A stretch of DNA of 64,000 bases, taken from the NCBI GenBank assembly GCA_046347985.1, contig JAXMFE010000012.1, positions 35,558 through 99,557 on the forward strand, written 5' to 3'. Position numbers and translations under genes: made by a program. How positions within the stretch are numbered: position 1 is the stretch's first letter; every line of letters starts with the position of its first letter. The notes under the pieces are model-generated. The model was not told where the DNA came from and searched no databases. It saw only the letters and a list, made by a program, of their open reading frames with translations. This stretch comes from Burkholderiales bacterium. GTDB lineage: Bacteria > Pseudomonadota > Gammaproteobacteria > Burkholderiales > Ga0077523. Shown here piece after piece: positions 32,026 to 42,317 of the stretch.

Positions 32026-34554
32026 TCACGCGACGCGCGACGTTTCGGGGTCGGTGGCGTCCAGCCATCGCGCCATGACGTCGCGCAACTGCCCGCGCGT
32101 GAAGGGCTTGCTCAAGTAGTCGTTCATCCCGGCCGCGAGGCACCGTTCCCGGTCACCTTCGAGCGCGTTTGCCGTGAGCGCAACGATGGGCGTGTGCCGG
32201 TTCAGGACGTCGTCGCGGCGGATGTGGGCCGTGGCCGTGTAGCCATCCATGTCCGGCATCTGGCAGTCCATCAGGATGAGCGCATAGCGTCGCGACAGCG
32301 AGGCCTCGAGCGCCTCCAGCCCGGTGCCGGCGTGGGTGATGCGACAGCCCAGATGCTCCAGCATCCGCTGTGCGACGGCCCGGTTCACAGGGTTGTCCTC
32401 CACGAGAAGCACCTCGGCACTGAACCTTCCCGAGTCGGTCGCTTTTCTTGCAGGCACCCGTGTCGAGGCGCTTGGCGTGTCGATGCTCCGCAAGGCCGCA
32501 ATCAAGTCGGCCAGCCGCGAAGGCATCGACAGCCGCGTGGCGGCGGCGGACCACGGATCGCGATTGGTCCCGGCGTCGGTGCGCGATGCGTCCAGCAGGA
32601 TCACCCGTGCGGCGGGCAGCCGTTCCGTCAGTTGCCGTCGGGAGTCGTCGTCGAGCGCCGTGAAGCAACGCCGATCGATGATCGAGACCACGGGAATCGC
32701 ATGCGCGGCGCCGAGATGACCGACGATCGCCTGCGCGCCGGCGAACGCGTCGACTTCGTATCCCAGGTCCGACAGGTCTCGCGCGAGCGCCGTCCTCGCC
32801 GTGCAGTTGCCGTGGATCAAGGCGAGACGGCCGACCGTCGTCAAAGCGTTCTGCGATGGACGCGAGACGACTTCGGGCAGCACCAGCGGCAGGTCGATGC
32901 TGAAGATCGCGCCCTTCCCGGGCCGACTGTCCAGGGCCAGATGGCCGCCCATCAGCGTGACGAGTTGGCGGGAGATCGTCAGCCCGAGCCCCGTGCCGCC
33001 GTAGCGCCGTGCGGTCGTGTTGTCGGCCTGCGTGAAGGCATCGAAGATCCGCTCGTGGAGTTCCGGGGCGATGCCGGGACCGGTATCGGATACGTCGATT
33101 CCGAGCCGGCCTTCGACGTGGGTCGAGACCCGCAGGACCACTTCTCCGCGTGCAGTGAACTTGACGGCATTGCCCACGAGGTTGCTGATGACCTGCCGCA
33201 GCCGCGCGCTGTCGCCGATGATGCGATCCGGAAAGGCGATCGGCATGTCGCAGATGATCTCCAGCGCCTTCTCATGGGCGGAAGGCGCGAACAGCTGCAC
33301 GACGGACTCGCAGATTTCGCGGAGATCCATGGGTTCGGCGTGAATCTGCAGCTTGCCGGCCTCGATCTTCGAGACGTCGAGAATGTCGTTGATGACGTGC
33401 AGCAGGCCCTGGCCGGAGCGGTGGATCGTGTCGGCGAATTGCCGCTGCTGGTCCGTGAGCGGTGTCGCCAGCAGGAGTTCGGCCATGCCGAGGACGCCGT
33501 TCATCGGGGTGCGGATCTCGTGGCTCATGTTGGCGAGGAACTGCGATTTTGCACGGTTCGCCGCCTCGGCGGCGTCCTTCGCCGTGCGCAGCGCCTCCTC
33601 CGCACGTCGGATCTGGGTCACGTCCACGAGATAGAGATGTACCCGCTGGTGATCGGGGACGTTCACCAGCTTGCAGGCGAAGGCGTGTCCTGCGAGTTCG
33701 TACTCGAACTCGATGGCGGCGTCCCCCGCCGTGCTTGCGAGTCGGCGCAGATGCTGTTCGAGGTCTGCAGGGAGAATGGCCTCGAGGTCGGCGTCCGCCT
33801 TGCCGAGACGCTCGAGGGCGCGTCGCGTGCCGGGGTTCGCGTAGATGAGATCTCCCGCCGGGCTGAGGCTCAGGAGCGGGTTGGGATTCAGCTGCGGAAA
33901 CAGGGCCAGGCGGCGGCGCATCCGTGATTCACCGAAGTAGGCATGCAGTGACCAGGCCGCCAGCGCGCCCATCAGGAACACGGCGACCACGTACCACGCG
34001 GCCAGGCGCACGATGGACGATACCTCCAGCCGCGTCTCCGTGGCGCGGGCCAGGCTGCGCTGCCTGACCGATTGGAGCAGGCGGTCGGCGGTCGCGTTGA
34101 TCACGTTCGCTTCGGCAGTGTTCGCTTCCAGGATTTCGCGGGCGCGGTCCCAGTCGACCCCTGTCGGGGCGCTCATGGTCCGGTCCAGGTCATGGGAGAG
34201 CGCCACGCTGCGGGCTAGGCGGGCGTCGATGTCGGGCAGGCCGGCCTCGCCGGGCAGATCGCGACGGAGTGCTTCCATGCCGGCGCGAATCGCCCGCTGG
34301 TTGTTCCCGATGTTGCGGAGGAAGGTGCGCCGATCCTGTGTGGCGTAGTACTCGTAGAGGATCGGTTCCTGGCGGACGAGGGCGATCTTCAGATCGTCGA
34401 GATGCTCGACCGTGGGCAGATCGAGCGCCGTGAGTTGGTGCGTGACGTCGGTGGCGCGATGCCCGCGGTACGCCGCGAAGCCCGACAGACCCACGCCCAA
34501 GGCGAGCACGAGAACGAACAGGGCGATCAGATGGCGTTCGTGACGGGTGGGCAT
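32026..34554 (-). CDS. Hybrid sensor histidine kinase/response regulator
   Basis: Start re-picked to ATG 34554 ([22 protein letters not shown] helix). Periplasmic helical sensor region, PAS-like region, HisKA ([15 protein letters not shown]), HATPase (GTGLGLTIS), then a degenerate receiver-like segment and a canonical receiver ([10 protein letters not shown]...[12 protein letters not shown]). Confidence 0.9.
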   Translation of the reverse strand: MPTRHERHLIALFVLVLALGVGLSGFAAYRGHRATDVTHQLTALDLPTVEHLDDLKIALVRQEPILYEYYATQDRRTFLRNIGNNQRAIRAGMEALRRDLPGEAGLPDIDARLARSVALSHDLDRTMSAPTGVDWDRAREILEANTAEANVINATADRLLQSVRQRSLARATETRLEVSSIVRLAAWYVVAVFLMGALAAWSLHAYFGESRMRRRLALFPQLNPNPLLSLSPAGDLIYANPGTRRALERLGKADADLEAILPADLEQHLRRLASTAGDAAIEFEYELAGHAFACKLVNVPDHQRVHLYLVDVTQIRRAEEALRTAKDAAEAANRAKSQFLANMSHEIRTPMNGVLGMAELLLATPLTDQQRQFADTIHRSGQGLLHVINDILDVSKIEAGKLQIHAEPMDLREICESVVQLFAPSAHEKALEIICDMPIAFPDRIIGDSARLRQVISNLVGNAVKFTARGEVVLRVSTHVEGRLGIDVSDTGPGIAPELHERIFDAFTQADNTTARRYGGTGLGLTISRQLVTLMGGHLALDSRPGKGAIFSIDLPLVLPEVVSRPSQNALTTVGRLALIHGNCTARTALARDLSDLGYEVDAFAGAQAIVGHLGAAHAIPVVSIIDRRCFTALDDDSRRQLTERLPAARVILLDASRTDAGTNRDPWSAAATRLSMPSRLADLIAALRSIDTPSASTRVPARKATDSGRFSAEVLLVEDNPVNRAVAQRMLEHLGCRITHAGTGLEALEASLSRRYALILMDCQMPDMDGYTATAHIRRDDVLNRHTPIVALTANALEGDRERCLAAGMNDYLSKPFTRGQLRDVMARWLDATDPETSRVA

Positions 34555-34660
34555 GGGGCGGAAGGGATCATGAGGGATGCGCCGACGGACCACCTTGATA
34601 CAACGGCGTGACGCCGCGCTTCTTGATCTTGTCTTGCGAAACCGGGACAGTGACGGTCGA

Positions 34661-36685
34661 ATGATAGACATCGGAGCACTCTTTGCCGAGGATGGGCCTC
34701 TCGCCGCCGCCATCCCCGGGTTCCGTCATCGGGAGTCGCAGGTGGCGCTTGCGCGCGCCATCGCCGACGCGATCGATCGTCGCGGGGTGCTCATCGCCGA
34801 GGCGGGTACGGGCACGGGCAAGACGTTCGCGTACCTCGTGCCCGTGCTGGCCATGGGTGGCAAGGCGATCATCTCCACCGGGACGAAGACGCTTCAGGAT
34901 CAGCTCTTCGGGCGGGACTTGCCCACCGTGCGCAAGGCGCTGGGGGTGCCCGTCACGGTCGCGCTGCTGAAGGGACGGGCAAACTACGTCTGCCACTACC
35001 ACCTGGCGCGTGCGTCGACCGAGGGACGTTTCGTGGAACGCGCGGACGTCGGATACCTGAGGAGCATCGAGCGCTATGCGCGTACGAGCCAGAGCGGCGA
35101 TCGCGGCGGTCTGGCCGACGTCCCCGAGACGGCGAGTGTCTGGAGCGCGGTGACCTCGACGCGCGACAACTGCCTTGGCAGCGACTGTCCGGACTTCAAG
35201 GAATGTTTCGTGATGAAGGCCCGGAAGCAGGCCCTTGAAGCGGATGTGGTGGTCGTGAACCATCATCTCTTCTTCGCCGACGTCGTGCTGCGCGATGAAG
35301 GCGTCGGGGAACTGCTGCCTCATTGCAACACCGTCGTCCTCGATGAGGCCCACCAACTCCCCGACACGGCAAGCGTCTTCTTCGGGGACAGCGTTTCGAC
35401 CAGCCAGATCATCGAGCTCGCACGCGACAGCCGACTGGAGGGCGTGGCTGCCGCGAAGGATTTCGCTCCGCTGCCCGAGTCGTCGCGTCGTCTCGATCGA
35501 CTGGCGCGGGACCTGCGGCTCGCCTTTGAAGGGGAGGGGGCGAGACTGCCGGTTGCCGCGGCCCTGGCCAAGCCTGCGGTGGAGAAGGTCCTGGACGAAC
35601 TTCTCCACGCGGTGACGGACCTGTCCAGCCTGCTGGAATCCCAGGCCGAGCGCAGCGAAGGTCTGGAGCGTTGTCACGAGCGCAGCATCGAACTGGTGGC
35701 GCGACTGCACCGCTGGGCTCGCGAGCCCGATCCGGACGTCGTGCGGTGGGTCGAAGTCTTCGGCGGCTCCGTGCAACTGCATGCGACGCCGCTTTCGGTG
35801 GGTTCGATCTTCCGTCGGCAGGTGGAGGGCGGGGCGCGGGCCTGGATCCTGACGTCCGCCACCCTCTCCGTGAAAGGCGAGTTCTCGCACTACGCCGCCC
35901 AGATCGGCCTGGAGGATGCGCAGGCAGCGTCGTGGCCCAGCCCCTTCGACTACGAGCGTCAGGCGATTCTCTACGTGCCTGAGGACATGCCGAGCCCGAA
36001 CAGCCCGGGCTACACGAAGGCCGTGATCGATGCGGCGCTGCCGCTGATCGAGGCCAGCGGCGGTCGGACGTTCTGTCTGTTCACGAGCCTGCGGGCGATG
36101 CGGGAGGCGCATGGTCTGCTGGAGGCAGGACTGCAGCGGCGCGGCTTGCCGTTCCCGCTCCTGCTGCAAGGCGACGGCACCCGTACGGAACTGCTCGACC
36201 GTTTCCGTCGGGTCGGCAACGGCGTTCTCGTGGGAAGTCAGTCCTTCTGGGAAGGCGTGGACGTCCGCGGCCCGACCTTGTCGCTGGTGGTGATTGATCG
36301 GCTGCCCTTCACGCCGCCGGATGATCCGGTGCTCACGGCCCGGATCGAGCGCATCAACGCTGCCGGCGGCAATGCCTTCATGGAGTACCAGGTGCCGCAG
36401 GCGGCGATCCTCCTGAAGCAGGGCGCGGGACGCCTCATTCGCGACGAGAGCGATCGCGGCGTGCTGATGATCTGCGACCCTCGCCTCGTGGAGAAGCCGT
36501 ACGGGCGCCGCATCTGGCAAAGCCTGCCGCCCATGCGGCGGACCCGGATTGTGCGGGATGCCGTCGAGTTCCTGGCGGCACTCTCGACGGGCGATCGGCC
36601 GTTGCCCGATTCAGCGGAAGATCGCGATGCCGACGAACGTGGTGACCAGAATCCAGAGGCCCACGATCAGGCCGGCGCCGAATAG
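34661..36685 (+). CDS. ATP-dependent DNA helicase, DinG/YoaA (XPD-like, Fe-S) family
   Basis: Start re-picked to ATG 34661. Walker [15 protein letters not shown], Cys cluster [17 protein letters not shown] box [10 protein letters not shown]-terminal helicase motifs (QGAGRLIR). The last ~25 codons overlap the convergent ykvA-like gene. Confidence 0.9.
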   Translation: MIDIGALFAEDGPLAAAIPGFRHRESQVALARAIADAIDRRGVLIAEAGTGTGKTFAYLVPVLAMGGKAIISTGTKTLQDQLFGRDLPTVRKALGVPVTVALLKGRANYVCHYHLARASTEGRFVERADVGYLRSIERYARTSQSGDRGGLADVPETASVWSAVTSTRDNCLGSDCPDFKECFVMKARKQALEADVVVVNHHLFFADVVLRDEGVGELLPHCNTVVLDEAHQLPDTASVFFGDSVSTSQIIELARDSRLEGVAAAKDFAPLPESSRRLDRLARDLRLAFEGEGARLPVAAALAKPAVEKVLDELLHAVTDLSSLLESQAERSEGLERCHERSIELVARLHRWAREPDPDVVRWVEVFGGSVQLHATPLSVGSIFRRQVEGGARAWILTSATLSVKGEFSHYAAQIGLEDAQAASWPSPFDYERQAILYVPEDMPSPNSPGYTKAVIDAALPLIEASGGRTFCLFTSLRAMREAHGLLEAGLQRRGLPFPLLLQGDGTRTELLDRFRRVGNGVLVGSQSFWEGVDVRGPTLSLVVIDRLPFTPPDDPVLTARIERINAAGGNAFMEYQVPQAAILLKQGAGRLIRDESDRGVLMICDPRLVEKPYGRRIWQSLPPMRRTRIVRDAVEFLAALSTGDRPLPDSAEDRDADERGDQNPEAHDQAGAE

Positions 36686-36991
36686 GGACTTCGGTTTGGC
36701 GCGCTTCTCGGCGAACCACGTTTCGGCCGATTCGCGGGCTCGACTCGTCACGGCCTGCGGCAGGAGCTTCAGACAGAGTGCGATGGCCAGCGGGAGCAGG
36801 ATCACTTCGTCGAGGTAGCCGAGGATCGGGATGAAATCGGGGATCAGATCGACGGGGCTAAGCGCATAGGCCGCGATCAGCAGGGCGAGCAGCTTGGCGA
36901 TCACCGGTGTTTCGGGGTCGCGGGACGCGAACCACAACGTCATCCCGTTCCGGCGCAGGGCCTGGGCCCAGTCGATCAGGCGCCGCCACAT
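36611..36991 (-). CDS. YkvA/DUF1232-family membrane protein
   Basis: 126 aa with the family signature YALSPVDLIPDFIPILGYLDEV. Confidence 0.75.
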   Translation of the reverse strand: MWRRLIDWAQALRRNGMTLWFASRDPETPVIAKLLALLIAAYALSPVDLIPDFIPILGYLDEVILLPLAIALCLKLLPQAVTSRARESAETWFAEKRAKPKSLFGAGLIVGLWILVTTFVGIAIFR

Positions 36992-37001
36992 GGCGAAAGC
37001 G

Positions 37002-38342
37002 TCAGGCGAGGCGGATGGCGGACAGATCGTGCGTGTCGGCGCCCGTCACGCGGACACGAAGGAAGTCGCCGACCTTCGCGCCGATGGCGCCATCCACCCG
37101 GACGAGGCCGTCGATTTCCGGGGCGTCCGCCTGACTGCGGGCGGTGACTCGTCGTCCGTCGACCTCATCCACCAGCACGGTCAATTCCGTGCCGATGCGC
37201 CGGGCGAGTCGCTGCCCGGAAATCCGGGCCTGGACTTCCATGAATCGCTCAAGTCGCGCCTGCTTCAAGGGCTCGGGAACCGGATTCGGCAGTTCATTGG
37301 CGGCCGCGCCGTCGACGGGGGAATAGGCGAAGCACCCCACGCGGTCGAGTTGCGCCTCTTCGAGGAACTGCAGCATTTCCTCGAACTCCGCCTCCGTCTC
37401 GCCAGGGAAGCCGACGATGAAGGTCGATCGGACGGTGATGTCCGGGCAGGCGGCCCGCCACGCACGGATGCGTGCAAGATTGTTCTCTGCACTGGCGGGG
37501 CGCTTCATCAGTCTGAGGATCCGCGGATTCGCGTGCTGGAACGGCACGTCGAGATAGGGGAGCACCTTGCCGTCCGCCATGAGAGGGATCACTTCATCGA
37601 CGTGCGGATACGGGTAGACGTAGTGGAGCCGGATCCACGCACCGAACTGGGACAGGGCCTGCACCAGTTCGGTCATGCGCGTCCTGACAGGGCGTCCATG
37701 GAAAAAGCCCGTTCGATACTTGATATCGACGCCGTACGCGCTCGTGTCCTGCGAAATGATCAGGAGCTCCTTCACGCCCGCCCGGACGAGGTTCTCGGCT
37801 TCCTGCAGCACCTCTCCCACGGGGCGGCTGACCAGGTCACCCCGCATCGACGGGATGATGCAGAACGAGCAGCGGTGGTTGCAGCCTTCGGAGATCTTCA
37901 GATACGCGTAGTGCTTGGGCGTGAGCTTGATCCCGTGTGGCGGGACGAGATCCGTGTACGGATCGTGGGGTTTCGGCAGATGGCGATGGACCGCGTCCAT
38001 CACTTCCTGCGCCGCGTGAGGTCCCGTGACGGCGAGGACGGCCGGATGCGCCGTCTCGATGATTCCGCTGCGCGCGCCGAGACACCCCGTGACGATCACT
38101 TTCCCGTTCTCTGCGAGAGCTTCTCCGATGGCATCGAGGGATTCGGCGACCGCCGAGTCGATGAAGCCGCAGGTGTTCACGACAACCAGATCGGCACCGG
38201 CATAGTCCGGCGCGATGACGTATCCCTCGGCCCGGAGGCGGGTCAGGATCTGTTCGGAATCGACCAGGGCTTTTGGACAGCCCAGGGAAACGAAACCGAC
38301 ACGGGGCACCGCGTCGGGGCGCCGGGTTTGAGACTGGGTCAC
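37002..38342 (-). CDS. rimO: Ribosomal protein S12 methylthiotransferase RimO
   Basis: 446 aa. UPF0004 N-domain ([16 protein letters not shown]), radical-SAM CNHRCSFC, C-terminal TRAM domain. Confidence 0.95.
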   Translation of the reverse strand: MTQSQTRRPDAVPRVGFVSLGCPKALVDSEQILTRLRAEGYVIAPDYAGADLVVVNTCGFIDSAVAESLDAIGEALAENGKVIVTGCLGARSGIIETAHPAVLAVTGPHAAQEVMDAVHRHLPKPHDPYTDLVPPHGIKLTPKHYAYLKISEGCNHRCSFCIIPSMRGDLVSRPVGEVLQEAENLVRAGVKELLIISQDTSAYGVDIKYRTGFFHGRPVRTRMTELVQALSQFGAWIRLHYVYPYPHVDEVIPLMADGKVLPYLDVPFQHANPRILRLMKRPASAENNLARIRAWRAACPDITVRSTFIVGFPGETEAEFEEMLQFLEEAQLDRVGCFAYSPVDGAAANELPNPVPEPLKQARLERFMEVQARISGQRLARRIGTELTVLVDEVDGRRVTARSQADAPEIDGLVRVDGAIGAKVGDFLRVRVTGADTHDLSAIRLA

Positions 38343-38352
38343 GGACAGCGGG

Positions 38353-38946
38353 TCAGGGCTTCTTCGTGCCTTCGGAGTCCCGTTGGGCCGGGTTGTCGGC
38401 GCCCGGTGACGTCCCGAACGGGGTGAAGGGGAAAGCCGAGAACATGTTGCGCGCCTGACGCTGCAGCTGCTGCTGCATGTCGACGAAAGTGTTGGCGCTC
38501 TGCTCCAGATAGCTGCTCATGAGGCCCTGGATCGCTGGTCCTTGCATCTTGACGAACTGTGACCACGCTTCGGTGCCGACCACCGGGTTCTCGCCCAGTT
38601 TGCCGAACGACTGCTCCTGCAACTTGCGCTGGATCTCCATGAATGTCTGGATGTTCTTTTCCAGGTAGCTGCCCATCATGCCCTGCATTGCATTGCCGTA
38701 GAACCGGATGATCTGCGACAGCATGTCGCTGGAGAACATCGGCGCACCGGCGGTTTCCTCTTCCAGGATGATCTGGAGCAGGATGCTCCGCGTGAGATCT
38801 TCACCGGTCTTGGCATCGATGACCTTGAAGGCGACCTGCTCCAGGACCAGCACCTTGACGTCTGCGAGGGTGATGTAACTGCTCGTGGCCGTGTCGTACA
38901 GCCTGCGATTCGGGTACTTCTTGATCAGGCGAAGCTCTTCACTCAT
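38353..38946 (-). CDS. phaR: Polyhydroxyalkanoate synthesis repressor PhaR
   Basis: Start re-picked to ATG 38946 ([31 protein letters not shown], the PhaR N-terminal DNA-binding signature), preceded by AGAGG. 197 aa. Confidence 0.9.
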   Translation of the reverse strand: MSEELRLIKKYPNRRLYDTATSSYITLADVKVLVLEQVAFKVIDAKTGEDLTRSILLQIILEEETAGAPMFSSDMLSQIIRFYGNAMQGMMGSYLEKNIQTFMEIQRKLQEQSFGKLGENPVVGTEAWSQFVKMQGPAIQGLMSSYLEQSANTFVDMQQQLQRQARNMFSAFPFTPFGTSPGADNPAQRDSEGTKKP

Positions 38947-39082
38947 GGAAACCTCTTGTGACGTAGGGCCGGTCTCTATGCTGTGCTCCGCCGGAAGGGA
39001 GGTTCCTGGGCGGAGCGCATGGGTTTCTGACGGACCGTCGCGCGCAATGTAGCGGAAGAATGATGCGGCGCGCAAAAAAATC

Positions 39083-39112
39083 TTGACGTCACGTTCTCGA
39101 ACGCCGTAGTAT
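39083..39112 (+). promoter_or_regulatory. Near-consensus sigma70-type promoter, divergent from phaR
   Basis: TTGACG (39083-39088), 18-nt spacer, TAGTAT (39107-39112), A7 tract just upstream. The palindrome TGCGACGCA (39121-39129) sits at the predicted transcript start. Confidence 0.45.
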
Positions 39113-39118
39113 CCGTCT

Positions 39119-39551
39119 TGTGCGACGCAACAACATCCGCTTCATGCCACCCGATGGCAGATTGGCTAGTAACTGAAACGTCAGGATATTGCCGGATTGG
39201 TGCGGCGCGATCTCGCGTCCGAGAACAAGGATGTGGTCGACTGCACGTGGGTCAGGCGCGGCTGGTCGGTTGTGAGAAACGGGTTCGGCATGCGAGTGGC
39301 ATGTTAATCGCTTCTACTGCTGCAAAGGTAGCAAATGAAGCACTTCGGCGGACTTTGGTGGCAAACTACGTGTCACAAAATGTAACATGCGACAATGTCC
39401 GGCAATTCAGTGAATCGTGATCCGGGCCGCCGAAGCGGTCCGGAGAGGGTGGCGAGAAAACCGAGATACTCGCCGCTGCACTAAAGGCTCCTCCCCCTTT
39501 ATCGCAAGATAAAGGTTAGCCCCGATGACTACGTCACCGGGGCTTTTTTTT
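39119..39551 (+). ncRNA. Candidate ~430-nt non-coding or small-peptide transcript of unknown class in the phaB-phaR gap
   Basis: Bounded by the promoter above and the intrinsic terminator at 39518-39551. GC is about 53% by my hand count of 39121-39420, against about 68% in the flanks. Three stable hairpins occupy the last 130 nt. No ORF has native codon usage. Confidence 0.35.
39518..39551 (+). terminator. Rho-independent terminator (plus-strand orientation)
   Basis: AGCCCCG-a-TGAC-tac-GTCA-c-CGGGGCT stem followed by T8 (39544-39551). On the minus strand the post-hairpin tract is only UAACCUUUAUC, so plus orientation is favoured. It may also act on phaB read-through. Confidence 0.7.
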
Positions 39552-39562
39552 GTGCCCGGCGT

Positions 39563-40306
39563 TCAGGACATGTGCTGACCGCCATTGATCGAGATGTTCG
39601 CGCCGGTCAGGAACGCTGCCTCGTCGGATGCGAGGTAGATGATCAGGCCCGCGACTTCCTCCGGCTTGCCGAGGCGACCTACCGGAATCTGCGGCAGGAT
39701 CTTGGAATCCAGGATTTCCTTCGGGATGGCCGTCACCATCTTCGTGCCGATGTAGCCGGGCGAGATGGTATTGACCGTGACGCCCTTCTTCGCCACCTCG
39801 AGCGCCAGCGCCTTGGTGAATCCGTGCATGCCGGCCTTTGCCGCCGAGTAGTTGGTCTGGCCGAACGCGCCCTTCTGACCGTTGACCGACGAGATGTTGA
39901 CCACGCGGCCCCAGCCTCGGTCCACCATCCCGTCCATCACCTGCTTGGTCATGTTGAAGACGCTATCGAGATTGGTGCGGATGACCGCATCCCAATCACC
40001 CTTCGTCATCTTCTTGAAGGTCATGTCCCGTGTGATGCCGGCGTTGTTCACCAGCACGTCGACCGAACCGACCTCGCTTTCGACGCGCTTGATGGCGGCA
40101 GCACAGGAGTCGAAGTCGGTCACATCACATGCTACGGCATGAAAGTCGTATCCGCGTCCTTTCATCGTGGCAATCCACTCGGCGGCCGTGGTGTTCGACG
40201 GGGAATGCGTCACAACCACGGTATATCCCTGGTCCGCCATCCCGGTGCTGATGGATTCGCCGAGACCTCCCATGCCGCCGGTCACGAGCACGATGCGCTT
40301 GGACAT
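39563..40306 (-). CDS. phaB: Acetoacetyl-CoA reductase (SDR family)
   Basis: 247 aa. VLVTGGMGGLGES cofactor motif, catalytic YSAAKAG, and adjacency to phaC. Confidence 0.9.
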   Translation of the reverse strand: MSKRIVLVTGGMGGLGESISTGMADQGYTVVVTHSPSNTTAAEWIATMKGRGYDFHAVACDVTDFDSCAAAIKRVESEVGSVDVLVNNAGITRDMTFKKMTKGDWDAVIRTNLDSVFNMTKQVMDGMVDRGWGRVVNISSVNGQKGAFGQTNYSAAKAGMHGFTKALALEVAKKGVTVNTISPGYIGTKMVTAIPKEILDSKILPQIPVGRLGKPEEVAGLIIYLASDEAAFLTGANISINGGQHMS

Positions 40307-40331
40307 TCTCTGTTCTCCTGTTTCGATGATC

Positions 40332-42020
40332 TCAAGCCTGCGATGTCTGCGGGCCGGATGCGCCGCGCCCCATCACGTAGGATCCGGGGGCAGCCTCCAG
40401 TTCGGATTCACGCAGTCGCGTACGGCGCGCTCGGCGCCAGGCGCCACTGTGGATGCCAAGCCAGTGGCTCCAATCATGCCACCAGCTTCCCGCGTGTGGT
40501 TGCGCCATGGCCAACCATTCCTGCGCGGTCGACCCGGGAAGGCTGTTTGTCCAGTACCCGCGGCGCACCGGTTCGGGCGGATTCACGATGCCGGCGACAT
40601 GACCGCTTTGCGCAAGGACGAATCGTGCCGGACCGCCGAGCCGGCGGGCGCTGTCGAACGCCGAAGTCCAGGGGACGATGTGATCGGCTCGGGTGGCGAG
40701 GGCATAGATCGGCATCTGGAGCAATGCCAGGTCAATCGGGTGTCCGCATAGTCGAATCGCCCCGGGCAGAATGAGGCGGTTCTCCAGATACATCTGCCGG
40801 ATGTAGAAGGCGAACAGCGGGCCGGGCACGCCGGTGCCGTCGCTGTTCCAGTGCAGGAAGTCGTGGCCGGGCGTCTCCTCGCCCAGCAGATAGTTGTGCT
40901 GTACGAAGTGCCACACGAGTTCACGCGCGCGCAGGCTTGAAAATGCCGCAGCAAGGCGGCTGCCGTCCATGACGCCGCCGGTTGCGAATTCGGACTCGAA
41001 CGCGCCGACCGAGTCCGCGTCGAGGTAGACGGACATGTCGCCCGCGTCGGCAAAGTCCAGCAGGGTCGCGAGCAAGGTGAGCGACGCGGCGCGATGGTGG
41101 CCACGGGCTTGATCGACGGCCAGAGCAGTGGTGGCGAGGGTTCCGCCGACGCAGTAGCCCAAGACGTTCGCTTGCGGCATCCGAGTGACGCGCGTGACCT
41201 CGTCGAGGGCCTCGAGCACGCCGCGTTCGATGTAGTGCTCCCAGGTGAATGCCGACGAAGGATCGGGATCCACCCAGGACAGCAGGAACACGTCGAATCC
41301 TTGCGCCGTCGCGTATCGCACGAAGGATGATGCGGGCCTAAGGTCGAGGATGTAGTACTTGTTGATGAAGGGAGGTACCACGAGCAACGGGACGCTTCGA
41401 ACCTGCGGTCCCGCTGCGCGGTAGTGGATCAGTTGCGCCACGGGCGATGCGTGGACGACACTGCCGGGCGTGGCGGCCAGGTCGACGCCGATCGTGAAAC
41501 CGTCACCCGCGCTCGTCGTGATGCTGCGTTTGGCGATGTCTCGCGAGAGATGGTTCAGTCCCCGGGCAATCGATTCCCCGTGCGTTTCGATGGCGCGGAG
41601 CAGGGCTCGCGGGTTGGTCGCGAGCGCGTTGTCCGGGTCGATGGCGTCCAGTGCCTGCCTGAGCGCGACGCGGGTTCGGCGCTGCTCCATCGGCGGCAGG
41701 TCGAGCAGCATCGCAAAGTCCTGGCCCCATGCCTCCCACAGGCGATGCTGGTCGCGGAGATAGCGGAACCACGGATGCGCACCGGGGTCGCGTGCATCCG
41801 CTGCAGGCGGAGGGGAACGGCTCACCGATTGCCAAAGCGTCCACTGGCGGTCGTACAAAGCCTGCAAGGCCGAGCGGGTTTCTTCGGGGCGATCCTGGAG
41901 GGCGCGAACGAAGGCTGCCGCGATGGCGTCCGGACGGAGCCGGGCGGAAGATCCGAACGCAGCCCACAGGGACTCGGCGTGGAGGTCGCCCGCCAGAGGG
42001 TTGAATGCGGATACTGTCAC
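40332..42020 (-). CDS. phaC: Class I poly(R)-hydroxyalkanoate synthase
   Basis: 562 aa. Lipase-box-like GYCVGG, conserved YILDL and WNSDGT regions, and a size typical of class I PhaC. Confidence 0.92.
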   Translation of the reverse strand: MTVSAFNPLAGDLHAESLWAAFGSSARLRPDAIAAAFVRALQDRPEETRSALQALYDRQWTLWQSVSRSPPPAADARDPGAHPWFRYLRDQHRLWEAWGQDFAMLLDLPPMEQRRTRVALRQALDAIDPDNALATNPRALLRAIETHGESIARGLNHLSRDIAKRSITTSAGDGFTIGVDLAATPGSVVHASPVAQLIHYRAAGPQVRSVPLLVVPPFINKYYILDLRPASSFVRYATAQGFDVFLLSWVDPDPSSAFTWEHYIERGVLEALDEVTRVTRMPQANVLGYCVGGTLATTALAVDQARGHHRAASLTLLATLLDFADAGDMSVYLDADSVGAFESEFATGGVMDGSRLAAAFSSLRARELVWHFVQHNYLLGEETPGHDFLHWNSDGTGVPGPLFAFYIRQMYLENRLILPGAIRLCGHPIDLALLQMPIYALATRADHIVPWTSAFDSARRLGGPARFVLAQSGHVAGIVNPPEPVRRGYWTNSLPGSTAQEWLAMAQPHAGSWWHDWSHWLGIHSGAWRRARRTRLRESELEAAPGSYVMGRGASGPQTSQA

Positions 42021-42087
42021 GGCTCGGGTGGATGCAAGAGGGTCGCGGGGGGCGATTGTCGAGAGCCGAACGGGAGGCGGTCAAGCG

Positions 42088-42300
42088 ATGTACGTCGTGG
42101 CAATGGCGTGGTTGTATGTCACGTTCCTGATGGCCCTGACCGAGCGGAGTGTCGTGGCGGGGATGCTGTCTTTCGCGGCCTATGGGCTGGCGCCCCTGGC
42201 GCTCCTGCTCTGGCTCTTCGGCATCCCGCGTCGCACCCGGGATCGACGGCGGCGCGAGGCTGCCGGCGGGAGCGATCCTCCGCAGGACGCTGCGTCATGA
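42088..42300 (+). CDS. Small hydrophobic protein (two predicted TM helices), hypothetical
   Basis: Internal ATG 42088 of the listed ORF (MYVVAMAWLYVTFLMALTERSVVAGMLSFAAYGLAPLALLLWLFGI) with GGGAGG upstream. High GC3. No family recognised. Confidence 0.4.
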   Translation: MYVVAMAWLYVTFLMALTERSVVAGMLSFAAYGLAPLALLLWLFGIPRRTRDRRRREAAGGSDPPQDAAS

Positions 42301-42317
42301 CGGATCGATCGGCTACC

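Noticed and set aside
36611-36685. 75-nt convergent overlap of the helicase 3' end with the ykvA-like gene as a regulatory antisense feature
   Set aside because: The helicase tail ([26 protein letters not shown]) looks like non-conserved read-on until the first stop. Overlap of this kind is common in high-GC genomes, and nothing structured was seen.
39118-39420. 100-aa ORF in the phaB-phaR gap as a protein gene
   Set aside because: It has a TTG start with no RBS, is Cys/Arg-rich and has AT-rich third positions, unlike all confident genes here. The nested 39-aa ATG-initiated ORF (39301-39420) also lacks an RBS. The region is kept only as possible non-coding RNA.
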